Shown: one piece after another, positions 18,333 through 27,359 of the stretch
Layout: each line of letters starts with the position of its first letter
How positions within the stretch are numbered: position 1 is the first letter of the stretch
Origin: a virus
DNA: 64,000 nucleotides
Direction: 5' to 3' (one strand)
Virus record (IMG/VR): IMGVR_UViG_3300047478_000138
Span: 16,770-80,769 of that record
Program-made: the position numbers and the translations under genes
The notes under the pieces: model-generated
The model's database searches: none
Seen by the model: only the letters and a program-made list of their open reading frames with translations
What the model was told of the DNA's origin: nothing

Positions 18333-18731
18333 TTAGCAATCTCCTAACATTTGTTTAAGATGAGCTAACTTGAGCATGTTGTCACACGAGTATGTTGAAA
18401 GTTGTCCTTCCTGCAATAGTGTGTTGTTGATGATTTGGTCAATTAACATGATGTTGTGGCAAGTGATACAATAGTCCTCTTCTTCAAAAATTGAGGGCTC
18501 CTCTGTAAGTGATTGCATATTATCTGCCGCAGCTTGTAATTGCTCTTCAGTAACATCTACTTCAACTAGTTCAGTAGGACTTACAATCTGGAATGTCATA
18601 TTATCAGATGACTTGATAAATGAGTATTCCTCAGAGTATGCGAAGTTAATATCTGCCTCAAAGTGCATTTGCTGGCGTTTAGTAGCTTCTGGTGAAGCCG
18701 GGAATTTGGAGATGTAGATAAATTGTGACAT
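18333..18731 (-). CDS. Hypothetical protein
   Basis: Acidic ORF with AAGGA RBS. Confidence 0.55.
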   Translation of the reverse strand: MSQFIYISKFPASPEATKRQQMHFEADINFAYSEEYSFIKSSDNMTFQIVSPTELVEVDVTEEQLQAAADNMQSLTEEPSIFEEEDYCITCHNIMLIDQIINNTLLQEGQLSTYSCDNMLKLAHLKQMLGDC

Positions 18732-18795
18732 AAGGTTCCTTTAAAATTTGAGATTAAATCGTCATGCATTATGCAATTGGATAAACGCGGTTTGT

Positions 18796-19134
18796 TTACT
18801 TTGTATTGGAAGCATTAGTTAAATTAAGTTGTAATCTAACAAAATAATGAATTGCTTGTGCGTTAAACATAAGAGCTGCTCCATGTTGTAATCCACTGTC
18901 AGAATCAATCAATAAAGAAAAATCTTCATCTACTACAGATTTCTTTATTTCTGCCAGATGGCGTTCTAATGCAGATATATAACGCTCAATGTCTCCAAGT
19001 TTCCAATTTCCAGGGGCATACTTTTTTGCTCCAAAAGTCATAACCTTGGCAAGATCCTCATAGGCATATGGATCTACTAACGAATACATAGGTTTGTCAT
19101 TATCAAATTTCATAAAGTTGCTATTTTGGTTCAT
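18796..19134 (-). CDS. dATP/dGTP diphosphohydrolase (DUF5664-type)
   Basis: KFDNDKPMYSLV...AKVMTFGAKKYAPGNWK...ALERHL...DSGLQH; start uncertain. Confidence 0.8.
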   Translation of the reverse strand: MNQNSNFMKFDNDKPMYSLVDPYAYEDLAKVMTFGAKKYAPGNWKLGDIERYISALERHLAEIKKSVVDEDFSLLIDSDSGLQHGAALMFNAQAIHYFVRLQLNLTNASNTK

Positions 19135-19265
19135 GAAGTTTCCTATAATGAATGTACCAACGTGTTTGTAAAACTGCATTCCAAGTAGTGGCTATTGCAC
19201 TGATTAGTATGAGTGGAGTTGCTATTAGATAGTAAAGTTCTGGTGTCATGGTGCTAGGGAGTTCC

Positions 19266-19430
19266 CTAGCAAGATGGACAAGATTGAGATTCGGTAAAGA
19301 ACTGACGTTCCTTGTGCTCTCCCTGCTTGCCGATGTTGAAGCGTTCCACAGGTACTGTGTAACCCATAACTCTACTGTAAACAATTGGTTTAGTGCGCTC
19401 AGTTGAATGAGCTGATAAAATGCTTGACAT
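19266..19430 (-). CDS. nrdD: Stand-alone glycyl-radical domain of class III RNR (54 aa; not in ORF track)
   Basis: MSSILSAHSTERTKPIVYSRVMGYTVPVERFNIGKQGEHKERQFF...; YSRVMGY motif; AAGGAG RBS. Confidence 0.9.
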   Translation of the reverse strand: MSSILSAHSTERTKPIVYSRVMGYTVPVERFNIGKQGEHKERQFFTESQSCPSC

Positions 19431-19481
19431 AAGATCTCCTTAAAATGGTGCAGGACTTACACTTGCGATGCCTGTTAGTAA

Positions 19482-21314
19482 TTAACAGTCGTTGCTGCAG
19501 CTTGGTTGGTACTTCTGTATGATTTCCTCGTCACATTTAGGGCAGAAATCATGCTCTCCATTAAGGTATCCATGTTTAGGGCATACAGAAAATACTGGAG
19601 TAATTGTAATGTAAGGCAACTTATAATTTGATATAACTGACTTAACCAATGCCTTACAAGTATCTGCTGATTTTAGGCGCTCATTCATGTATAAGTGGAG
19701 AACTGTTCCGCCTGTGTATTTACACTGGAGGTTATCCTGTAGGTTAAGGGCTTCAAAGGCGTCCTTGGTGTGTCCTGCTGGGATCTGGGAAGAATTAGTG
19801 TAATAGATGTTCTCTCCGAATCCTGCTTGCAAAATGTCTGGGTAACGTTTCTTGTCCTCTTTGGCAAATCTGTAAGTTGTTCCCTCTGCAGGAGTTGCTT
19901 CAAGATTATAAAGGTTTCCAGTTGCTTCTTGAAACTCAACCATACGAGAACGGATATGTTCTAGGATTTCAATAGCAAAGGACTCACCTACTTCTGTAGT
20001 GATGTCTAGTGAATCATCGGAGAAGTTGCGTGCCATTTCGTTAAGTCCATTTACCCCAATAGTAGAAAAGTGATTACGGAAGTGTGGTAAGTAGCGTTTG
20101 GTGTATGGGTATAGTCCACGATCATACATTTCCTGTACAAATACACGTTTCTTCTCAAGAGTTGATTTAGCCATTTCCATTAGTTCATCAAGACGTTTAT
20201 ACAATGCTGGTAAATCTCCTTTGTAGAGATATCCTAGGCGAGCCATATTTATAGTGACAACGCCGATAGATCCTGTCATTTCAGCAGAGCCGAATAGTCC
20301 GCCGCCACGCTTGAGTAGTTCACGGAGATCGAGTTGCAAACGGCAGCACATTGAACGGACATGTCCAGGTTTATATGCTTCGTCGTTAGGCACTAGTTTA
20401 CCTTCTGCGTTACGCTTGTATTGCGAACCTATAAAATTTTGGAAATAAGATGAGCCAACTTTTGCTGTGTTCTCAAATAAAACATCAGTGTTCGGACCAT
20501 CCCAATCAAAGTCCTCTGTAATGTTTACAGTTGGAATAGGGAAAGTGAAGGGATTCCCTACTGCATCACCCTCGGTTAATACTTCGTAGAATGCACGGTC
20601 AATTATTTGCATCTCTGGATGAAAGTCTCCATAAGTTGCATCAGTAAGTGATTCAATAGATGATCTGCGATTCTTCAATTCGGATAGAAGTTCTCTAGAG
20701 TTCATGCCAAGGAATAGGTGCTTCTGCTCACAAGTAGGGATTTGCGGAGCTAGATCAGTTGGTACAGTCCAGTCAATTGTAACATTCGTAAATGGAGATT
20801 GTCCCCATCTAGCCGGTACATTGAGGTTATATACAAATTGACGTATTGCCTTCTTTACTTCAACAAATGGCAGTTGATCTTTGAAGATATAGGGTGCAAG
20901 ATACGTATCAAATGAGCTAAATGCTTGAGCCCCTGCCCATTCGCTTTGCAAGATACCTAAGAAATTTGCCATCTGTCCGAGTGCTTCGCGGAAGTGGCGG
21001 GGTGCGCGAGATTCAACTCTGCCACGGACACCATTAAAGCCCTCGTCAAGTAATGCGCGAAGCGACCATCCTGCGCAGTATCCTGTAAGACAGTCGAGAT
21101 CGTGGATGTGATAGTCACCCTCACGATGTGCCTCTCCCTCTGGTTTGTTATATACTACATCAAGCCAATAATTAGCTATTGGTTTGCCTGCAAGGTTATT
21201 TACAAGTCCTGCGTTTGTGTAGTCTGTGTTAGCATTGGCATTAATACGCCAGTCTGCTTTAAGTACGTACTCTTCAACTGCTGTTGTAGAGTTAATCATT
21301 GTAGTTCGTTTCAT
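19482..21314 (-). CDS. nrdD: Anaerobic (class III) ribonucleotide reductase, large part
   Basis: HIHDLD, YCAGW, RSMCCRL, EATPAEG, YTGGT, CPKHG...CPKC; lacks the C-terminal glycyl loop and an ATP cone. Confidence 0.93.
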   Translation of the reverse strand: MKRTTMINSTTAVEEYVLKADWRINANANTDYTNAGLVNNLAGKPIANYWLDVVYNKPEGEAHREGDYHIHDLDCLTGYCAGWSLRALLDEGFNGVRGRVESRAPRHFREALGQMANFLGILQSEWAGAQAFSSFDTYLAPYIFKDQLPFVEVKKAIRQFVYNLNVPARWGQSPFTNVTIDWTVPTDLAPQIPTCEQKHLFLGMNSRELLSELKNRRSSIESLTDATYGDFHPEMQIIDRAFYEVLTEGDAVGNPFTFPIPTVNITEDFDWDGPNTDVLFENTAKVGSSYFQNFIGSQYKRNAEGKLVPNDEAYKPGHVRSMCCRLQLDLRELLKRGGGLFGSAEMTGSIGVVTINMARLGYLYKGDLPALYKRLDELMEMAKSTLEKKRVFVQEMYDRGLYPYTKRYLPHFRNHFSTIGVNGLNEMARNFSDDSLDITTEVGESFAIEILEHIRSRMVEFQEATGNLYNLEATPAEGTTYRFAKEDKKRYPDILQAGFGENIYYTNSSQIPAGHTKDAFEALNLQDNLQCKYTGGTVLHLYMNERLKSADTCKALVKSVISNYKLPYITITPVFSVCPKHGYLNGEHDFCPKCDEEIIQKYQPSCSNDC

Positions 21315-21802
21315 TAGTCCTCCCAAAATTTGTGTGTAATATCTGTATGTGTGAGTAAATCATACATACGCTGATTAGTTGTTCGATTTGTCAATCCACC
21401 CATACTTGATACATAAGGTCCAGTCTTGATATAACGACATACATTAAGTATCTCTGGATGCACATCAGATAACTCAGCTCCTGTGTATAGGCATACTTGC
21501 AAATTCAGTGAGTTAACAAAAGTTGCTAGTTCAATAAATTCCTTGTGATGCTGTTCACCACCAAAAAAGACTACACAAGTTACTGTGTATGCTCCTGTGT
21601 GAGGCGATTGGTACTTATTAAGAAGCTTCAACAATACATCAGAAGTAAGAGGATATCCAACATCAGTTTGTAAGTATGCTGAATGACATCCACTACAACG
21701 GAATGGGCAATTAGATATGCTGATTGCAAAAGATGTCTCTCCTGGGACTTCCTGAAAAGAAAGTGTGTAGCCTGTGTATTTCATGTGGTCCTTAGGTAAC
21801 AA
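21314..21802 (-). CDS. nrdG: Anaerobic RNR activating radical-SAM protein
   Basis: FQEVPGE, CPFRCSGCH, FFGGE, YIKTGPY, TNQR; start may be MKYTG at 21784. Confidence 0.92.
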   Translation of the reverse strand: MLPKDHMKYTGYTLSFQEVPGETSFAISISNCPFRCSGCHSAYLQTDVGYPLTSDVLLKLLNKYQSPHTGAYTVTCVVFFGGEQHHKEFIELATFVNSLNLQVCLYTGAELSDVHPEILNVCRYIKTGPYVSSMGGLTNRTTNQRMYDLLTHTDITHKFWED

Positions 21803-21895
21803 GTGTGGTTGGATAATAAAGCAAGTGAATGCTTCAAGTTGAACAAAGTCGAACCTGAATCATAGCACTCACTTGCTTAAAGTTAGCTACTGTGC

Positions 21896-22051
21896 TTAGT
21901 TAAAGTCATCAATATCTCCCTCAGCTGCTATGGCTTGATGCTGTGCAATCCATTGAGCATCAAGTGCTTCAATTGCTGCTTGCTTGACCTCATAAGATGC
22001 TTCCGACAATTCGTAATTCCTGCGTTTAGTTAAGTAATCAGATTCGGTCAT
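21896..22051 (-). CDS. Small hypothetical protein (51 aa; not in ORF track)
   Basis: MTESDYLTKRRNYELSE...; ATGA overlap with the nrdB stop. Confidence 0.55.
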   Translation of the reverse strand: MTESDYLTKRRNYELSEASYEVKQAAIEALDAQWIAQHQAIAAEGDIDDFN

Positions 22052-24240
22052 GGTAAGTTGCTCCAAAATTCAGGTGTTGTGTTAGTATCCACAATTCCAA
22101 GTAAATAGTTACCTGAAGTCTTCTCTTTCTGTGCTGTTTGCACATTAGATGGACGAGTATACTTATTAGCCCATACACAAGGATTTGGCACCTTGTCAAC
22201 AATTGGAGGTTGTCCAACTGATGTCATAACAGAATGCAGATTATGTGTAACATACTGCTTAAGAACTGCGTTGTTCACGCCTAACAGGCGTGTGTCAGCA
22301 TCGTAACAATAATCAATCCAATCAAAGTCTGCTTCTATAGCATCTCTATACAATTGATCAATAACTTCAGAATGCTCGTGAAAGATATAGGCCCAGTCAG
22401 GATCCTTACGTAAACGATTCAATAGAGTTATGGTCATAGCATAATGCCCGGCTTCCGTTATATTCGAATAAGTTCGTTAAACTTATTCCGAGAGTTCTAT
22501 AGTACTCTCTGCTATATGTTTCCATATAGACTAGACTATATCATAGCCTCCACCATAATGTGGTAAGGCTCCTTCCGTTTCCAACTCACTTGAGCTGTAC
22601 TCTACTTGCTTCCTATTAATATTCTTTCAATTAATGGTGCTTTCGATAGTCGTTAAACTCGGAAATTATAAGTATTTTTCAATAAATGGTTTAAAGTAAG
22701 AGGGGCACTTTTTACTAATATTTCTGATATGGCATATTAAACTAGCATCACATCCAAATTCCTCTGCTATATCAGCGTTAGATCTTGTCGTTGTGTATGC
22801 TACTTTAGTGATTGTAGCAGCAATATCAATATATTTACCTTTAAGTTTCTTACTTACTGGAGCAGAAACATTAGGAAATTTGGTATCCCATAAATGCTTC
22901 CATCTTTTTTGATGTCTAATAAGAGAAACATACCTAGAATGTAGTTCATACTTATGGGCTATATCTTCATTTGATGCACCATTTAGTATTAAATTAATAA
23001 TATCAATAGCATCTTGGTTAGATAATTTAGCTGAAACATGGTCTTCACCTTGGATACGGTCTTGTAAACCTGTCTCAAACGCATGTAATTGGTTTTCTGC
23101 TCTAGTACACCACTCTAAGTTAGAGAAGTGATTATTTTGCTTATTTCCATCAATGTGGTTTATTTGAGGTTTATTATCCTTATTAGGTATAAAAGCTTGT
23201 GCAACTAGTCTATGTACTAGGAAAGGTTTAGACTGTCCTTGTGTATAAACTAATGATACATGTACATAACCACAGTTAGTAGTCACTGTAGCCATTTTAT
23301 GACCGTTTGCTTTCTTACCTTTATATGAGAATATGTCTCCGTTTTCATTTATTGTGTACCCTGGTAATCCAGGCACTGGTTTTTCGTTCATAATGCTCCT
23401 TTGCATCTATAATTTAAGTATGGATGAATTATAACATTATGTAACTTATAATTGCCTTAGTAATTGATTGTCTTCACCATTATGTGTTAAGAGGTCCCAA
23501 TTTTAGAAAGGTTATTCGACAGATATTTCTACCTGAAGGGACAATTTGTGTTTATCCTGTGCGATTTTGCTAATGATGTCTGCAGTTACTGAGAATAAAC
23601 CATTTTCCTTAAAAGCAAAGCTTGTAAGGAATGATGACTTGAACAGAATAGCTTCAAGAATGTTTAATGCAAATAGTGACATAACAATAGAAACTTTGTG
23701 TGCTTCTATATCATATGTTGATGTTTGCAAAATCATGTGGGAATTGTGTTGTACAGTATCATCGAAGCAAGCTACAATTGAGCTTGCACGCTTGAGTATT
23801 GCTGGATTGACCATAATATCATCAAAGATTGCTTTAGCATCAACAGGCAAGCCCTTGAGAATGTCTGCATACGATTGGCTATGAATGTTACCTTCAAAGA
23901 ATGCATGTTGATACCACCAGACTTCCAATTGTGGGTTAGTAGTTACTGGAATAAATACTTCAGCAACTGATCTAGCAGCAAGTGAGTCAAGTAAGGTCTG
24001 GAATTTCAAATTCTTCATATATAGTTGTTGGAGTTTAGGCCCACAACTAATGTAGTCCTTGCCATCCTTAGATGGTGAGAAATCTCCTGGGAACCACATC
24101 TTCCCAATAGCAGCTGCAGTTGCAGCACTAATATGAGCTTCGATAGATAAATCAAGTCGGGATATATTACGACCATTCGGATCCAAAAATAGTGAGGACT
24201 TAGTAAAATCTACTGGATTAGGATTAAATAAATGACTCAT
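22048..24240 (-). CDS. nrdB: Class Ia RNR beta subunit, spliced: exon 1 24240-23554, exon 2 22455-22048 (364 aa)
   Basis: Joining GAT|GAA restores KIAQD-EAGH (DExxH); also FQTLLDS, EGNIHSQSY, LEAILF; ATGA overlap with nrdA. Confidence 0.92.
22456..23553 (-). mobile_element. Group I intron in nrdB
   Basis: 5' splice after U with P1 GGAU|AA:UUGUCC (U-G pair); P7 GACUA / AUAUAGUCU; terminal G at 22456; CUUC can pair with 3' exon GAAG (P10). Confidence 0.9.
22666..23391 (-). CDS. Intron-encoded HNH homing endonuclease (NUMOD4-HNH, I-HmuI-like)
   Basis: VHRLVAQAFIPN...INHIDGNKQNNHFSNLEWCTRAEN; AAGGAG RBS and internal TGnTATAAT promoter (23428-23436). Confidence 0.9.
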   Translation of the reverse strand: MNEKPVPGLPGYTINENGDIFSYKGKKANGHKMATVTTNCGYVHVSLVYTQGQSKPFLVHRLVAQAFIPNKDNKPQINHIDGNKQNNHFSNLEWCTRAENQLHAFETGLQDRIQGEDHVSAKLSNQDAIDIINLILNGASNEDIAHKYELHSRYVSLIRHQKRWKHLWDTKFPNVSAPVSKKLKGKYIDIAATITKVAYTTTRSNADIAEEFGCDASLICHIRNISKKCPSYFKPFIEKYL

Positions 24241-26459
24241 ACTGAACAACCTCCGCCTTGGCATGTAGAAGTAAGTTCCTGTTCATCTGGAAGCTTAACA
24301 TTCATATAATATCTCCCTTTGCAACCGTAATACTTCGCTAGAAATAAGTCACTAATAACTGATGTTGATAGCACTTTCCCGCCATTCAATTCAGGATTGT
24401 AGAATGTATTTGCTGATATGCCCTTGTCGATCCACTTCTGCGTAACTGCAACGTGCTTGATGAAGTCAGCATTAATGTCCCTATCGTATGCAAAGTCATA
24501 TTTATCTGCTAATCGAATACAATCAGGTGCGAATTGTTTGTAATTCACTCCAGATTTGTCCTTGATTGTCATCAAATTACGAATTGGCTCAAGACCGGTT
24601 GTCTGATTAGATGGACCGGCAGAGGTTTCTGCAGGAGGTACCATCATTAGACCGACATTATACATACCATGTCGGAGAATTTGCGTGTCTAACCATTCCC
24701 AATCACAATAAGTTGCTGATGAAACAAGTTCGTCAACATTGCGATTGTAACGATTGATAGGCAATAACTTGTCATGATAGATAAAGCCTGGAGCTGCTCC
24801 AAGTTCTTGTGCAAGTTGCATAGATGCTACATGACAGTCAAATGAGAAATTCTCCATCCATTCGTTATGTGCTTCAAGTGCTGCTGAATTGCCGTATCTC
24901 CAACCGTGATGAGCCAACCAAAATGCATGATTAGATAATCCAAGACCAATATCACGATAAGTAGCTACATAGGCGTTTGCTTGAGATGTAGGGTGTACTT
25001 GTCGTTGCATGATATGCGATTGTGCGCGAACCAATAGATTAGTGACGTGTGGTAATTGGTCAATGGAAACAAGTCCCTGATTGACGTTACCAAGTACACA
25101 TACACCAATATCAGGATTGTCAGGTTGCTTCGGATCAAGGGGTTGCACACTAGTCATAAACTCAATACAAATGTTTGCCATATTAATAGGACGAGGAATA
25201 CAAGAGTTTGCATTCATTTCATCAATATTCAATATGTAGTATGATGAAGTTTCCGTGGATTCAACTGCAACTAAACGATTCCAGAAGTCCTGTGCATCAA
25301 TCTGTCCGCTATAAAGCTCTGCTGCTTCACATTCCTCATAATACTTTGTAAATGAATCAACATCTGCTGAGTAAAATAACTCAAGCATGCGTGGACACTT
25401 ACGAGTAGAGAATAGTGAAATAGGTCTACCATCCTTGGCACGATCATATACAAGTTGGTTGACTTTGATACCATAAGATAAATCGTTAACACGATCCTCT
25501 ACCGGCATACGAGGTGACTTAAGTGCAAAGATAGTTTCTATCTCTGGGTCAAAGAAATTCAGATATGGAGTAGCTGATCCGCGTCTGCCGTTCTGGGAGG
25601 CTTTGCTGATGTTTGCATCAATTGATTTGATAATAGGTAACTTACCAGAATGAGATATTCTGCCTTGCTTAACCTTATCCCCAATTGAGGCTAAATCTGC
25701 AATATCCTCACCAATGCCGGCTGATGCTACTGTATGCAATACTAAAGCCTTGTCACATTCAACCCATGAATCAATAGAGTCTCCTCTACGAAAAACTATA
25801 CATGAAGCATAATCAGTTGATATTGTGCGAAGAGACTTCATTTCCGGGGTTGGAAGAGTGATATGAAATAGTGATAAAGCATTGTAAAAGTCAATAATGT
25901 ACTGGGTTGGGTTAATATGATAGTCATGAAATGTGTCAATAGCAATTGCCATAAACATAAATTGTGGGGTTTCATACTTGCAAACACCATACCCATTAAC
26001 TAAAGCATCAAGTCCAGATGAGGTGAAAGTAAAATCACGTGAGTGATTAATTGCTTGCTCAAGTGCTTGTATGTCAATTCCATTATAAATTAATCTAGGT
26101 GGAGATAATTCTGGTGAATAATGTCCAGCTAGAACTCGTTCAGTTAAGAATTCAGTTAAACTAGGTGGATTGATTGACTTGAAAACATGCTTGTACAATT
26201 TCTGCAACTTGAGATTGCGTGCTACTGTATCGTAATTGGGATTACGCAAGTCTGCTAAATCATCACATGTCTTGATAAAAATATCAGTGATATAACTAGT
26301 ATGGATTCCGTCAAATAAATGTAATTTTGACTGAATCTCTATATCAGACACTGATACTCCTGATACTCCATTAACAGCCCACTCAAGACTTGCTGTTGCT
26401 TTAGATATGTCCAAAGGTTCCAGCTTCCCAGAGTGCTTAACTACATGAATAGTGGACAT
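24237..26459 (-). CDS. nrdA: Class Ia RNR alpha subunit
   Basis: N-terminal ATP cone (VVKHSG), YASC, NICIEF, VCVLG, RYY, C-terminal CQGGGC; likely start MSTIH at 26459. Confidence 0.93.
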   Translation of the reverse strand: MSTIHVVKHSGKLEPLDISKATASLEWAVNGVSGVSVSDIEIQSKLHLFDGIHTSYITDIFIKTCDDLADLRNPNYDTVARNLKLQKLYKHVFKSINPPSLTEFLTERVLAGHYSPELSPPRLIYNGIDIQALEQAINHSRDFTFTSSGLDALVNGYGVCKYETPQFMFMAIAIDTFHDYHINPTQYIIDFYNALSLFHITLPTPEMKSLRTISTDYASCIVFRRGDSIDSWVECDKALVLHTVASAGIGEDIADLASIGDKVKQGRISHSGKLPIIKSIDANISKASQNGRRGSATPYLNFFDPEIETIFALKSPRMPVEDRVNDLSYGIKVNQLVYDRAKDGRPISLFSTRKCPRMLELFYSADVDSFTKYYEECEAAELYSGQIDAQDFWNRLVAVESTETSSYYILNIDEMNANSCIPRPINMANICIEFMTSVQPLDPKQPDNPDIGVCVLGNVNQGLVSIDQLPHVTNLLVRAQSHIMQRQVHPTSQANAYVATYRDIGLGLSNHAFWLAHHGWRYGNSAALEAHNEWMENFSFDCHVASMQLAQELGAAPGFIYHDKLLPINRYNRNVDELVSSATYCDWEWLDTQILRHGMYNVGLMMVPPAETSAGPSNQTTGLEPIRNLMTIKDKSGVNYKQFAPDCIRLADKYDFAYDRDINADFIKHVAVTQKWIDKGISANTFYNPELNGGKVLSTSVISDLFLAKYYGCKGRYYMNVKLPDEQELTSTCQGGGCSV

Positions 26460-26460
26460 G

Positions 26461-26721
26461 CTAGTTAAGTACTCGTTTAAGTGCTGCTGAAGGGCTGAAC
26501 TTAACTGTCTTAGTTGTATACGGATTGCCTGTACCAGGTGCTTTACCAGAACGTGTGACTGGTTTGAAGATACCAAATGTACTGCTAATAGTAACAGAAT
26601 TGCCTGCTGCAAGTTGCTTACCTATAGTAGATTCTAAATGATTCAAGATTGCTGAAGCAGCTTTCTGTGACTTAACTTCTGGGCAATTTGCCAACTCGAT
26701 TAATAGTTCTTTTCTAGTCAT
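26461..26721 (-). CDS. hup: HU-like DNA-binding protein
   Basis: MTRKELL...TFGIFK...GKAPGTG...VKFSPSAALK. Confidence 0.85.
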   Translation of the reverse strand: MTRKELLIELANCPEVKSQKAASAILNHLESTIGKQLAAGNSVTISSTFGIFKPVTRSGKAPGTGNPYTTKTVKFSPSAALKRVLN

Positions 26722-26773
26722 GTGTGACTCCTGTAAAATAAAGTTTGAAGTTTATCCACATTACGGTGGTGTG

Positions 26774-27223
26774 TCAACTGCAATTGTATAAATAGTAAGC
26801 TGTTCCGTTTACTGTTTCGGTATACTCATTCCCATCTCGGGATGCTATGACTGATCCTCTATCAGAATCGTATATGTAGTCTTCTAAGTATTGTTCAGTG
26901 TCAAAATACTGTTTAATAACTTCGTTAACTCCATATAATACGTCATCAAGTGAGTATTCCGCATAGTTTGCTACCTGTTCATCAGCTTCCTCATCAGTTA
27001 ATACTAGCCACTCATGATTGTCTATAGCTCGATCGCAATCCGAAAACATGTCTCCTGTGTGTTGCATAAGAGCAAGTACTCGTTCATCAATATCAGATTC
27101 AATTTCATCAAGATAGAATTGCTCAAGGTTGGTGTTATCTGGATCCATTTGCCATATGAAGTACTCCTTGGAATAGCGTTCGTCAGAATCAATTAAGTCC
27201 TGAATTTGCTCTTCTGAAATCAT
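26774..27223 (-). CDS. Highly acidic protein (possible DNA mimic)
   Basis: Very D/E-rich with few K/R. Confidence 0.55.
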   Translation of the reverse strand: MISEEQIQDLIDSDERYSKEYFIWQMDPDNTNLEQFYLDEIESDIDERVLALMQHTGDMFSDCDRAIDNHEWLVLTDEEADEQVANYAEYSLDDVLYGVNEVIKQYFDTEQYLEDYIYDSDRGSVIASRDGNEYTETVNGTAYYLYNCS

Positions 27224-27359
27224 AAAACTTCTTTCAATAAGATAATAGCAACTGTTGCAAATATAACAAATAAGAGTGCTTTAAATTGCAAATCTGGTGG
27301 AATTGGAATGAACCCGTTGAGTTTAATAAGTTTGTAGGAATTTGGTATCATGTAATGTC

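Noticed and set aside
19121-19384. 87-aa ORF from the track
   Set aside because: Its 5' half overlaps the real glycyl-radical ORF in another frame; at most a ~42-aa peptide from 19249
26460-26612. N-terminal extension of nrdA (similarly the helicase 32465-32524 and nrdB 24241-24264)
   Set aside because: Overlap upstream genes; downstream ATGs give coupled starts and match family N-termini
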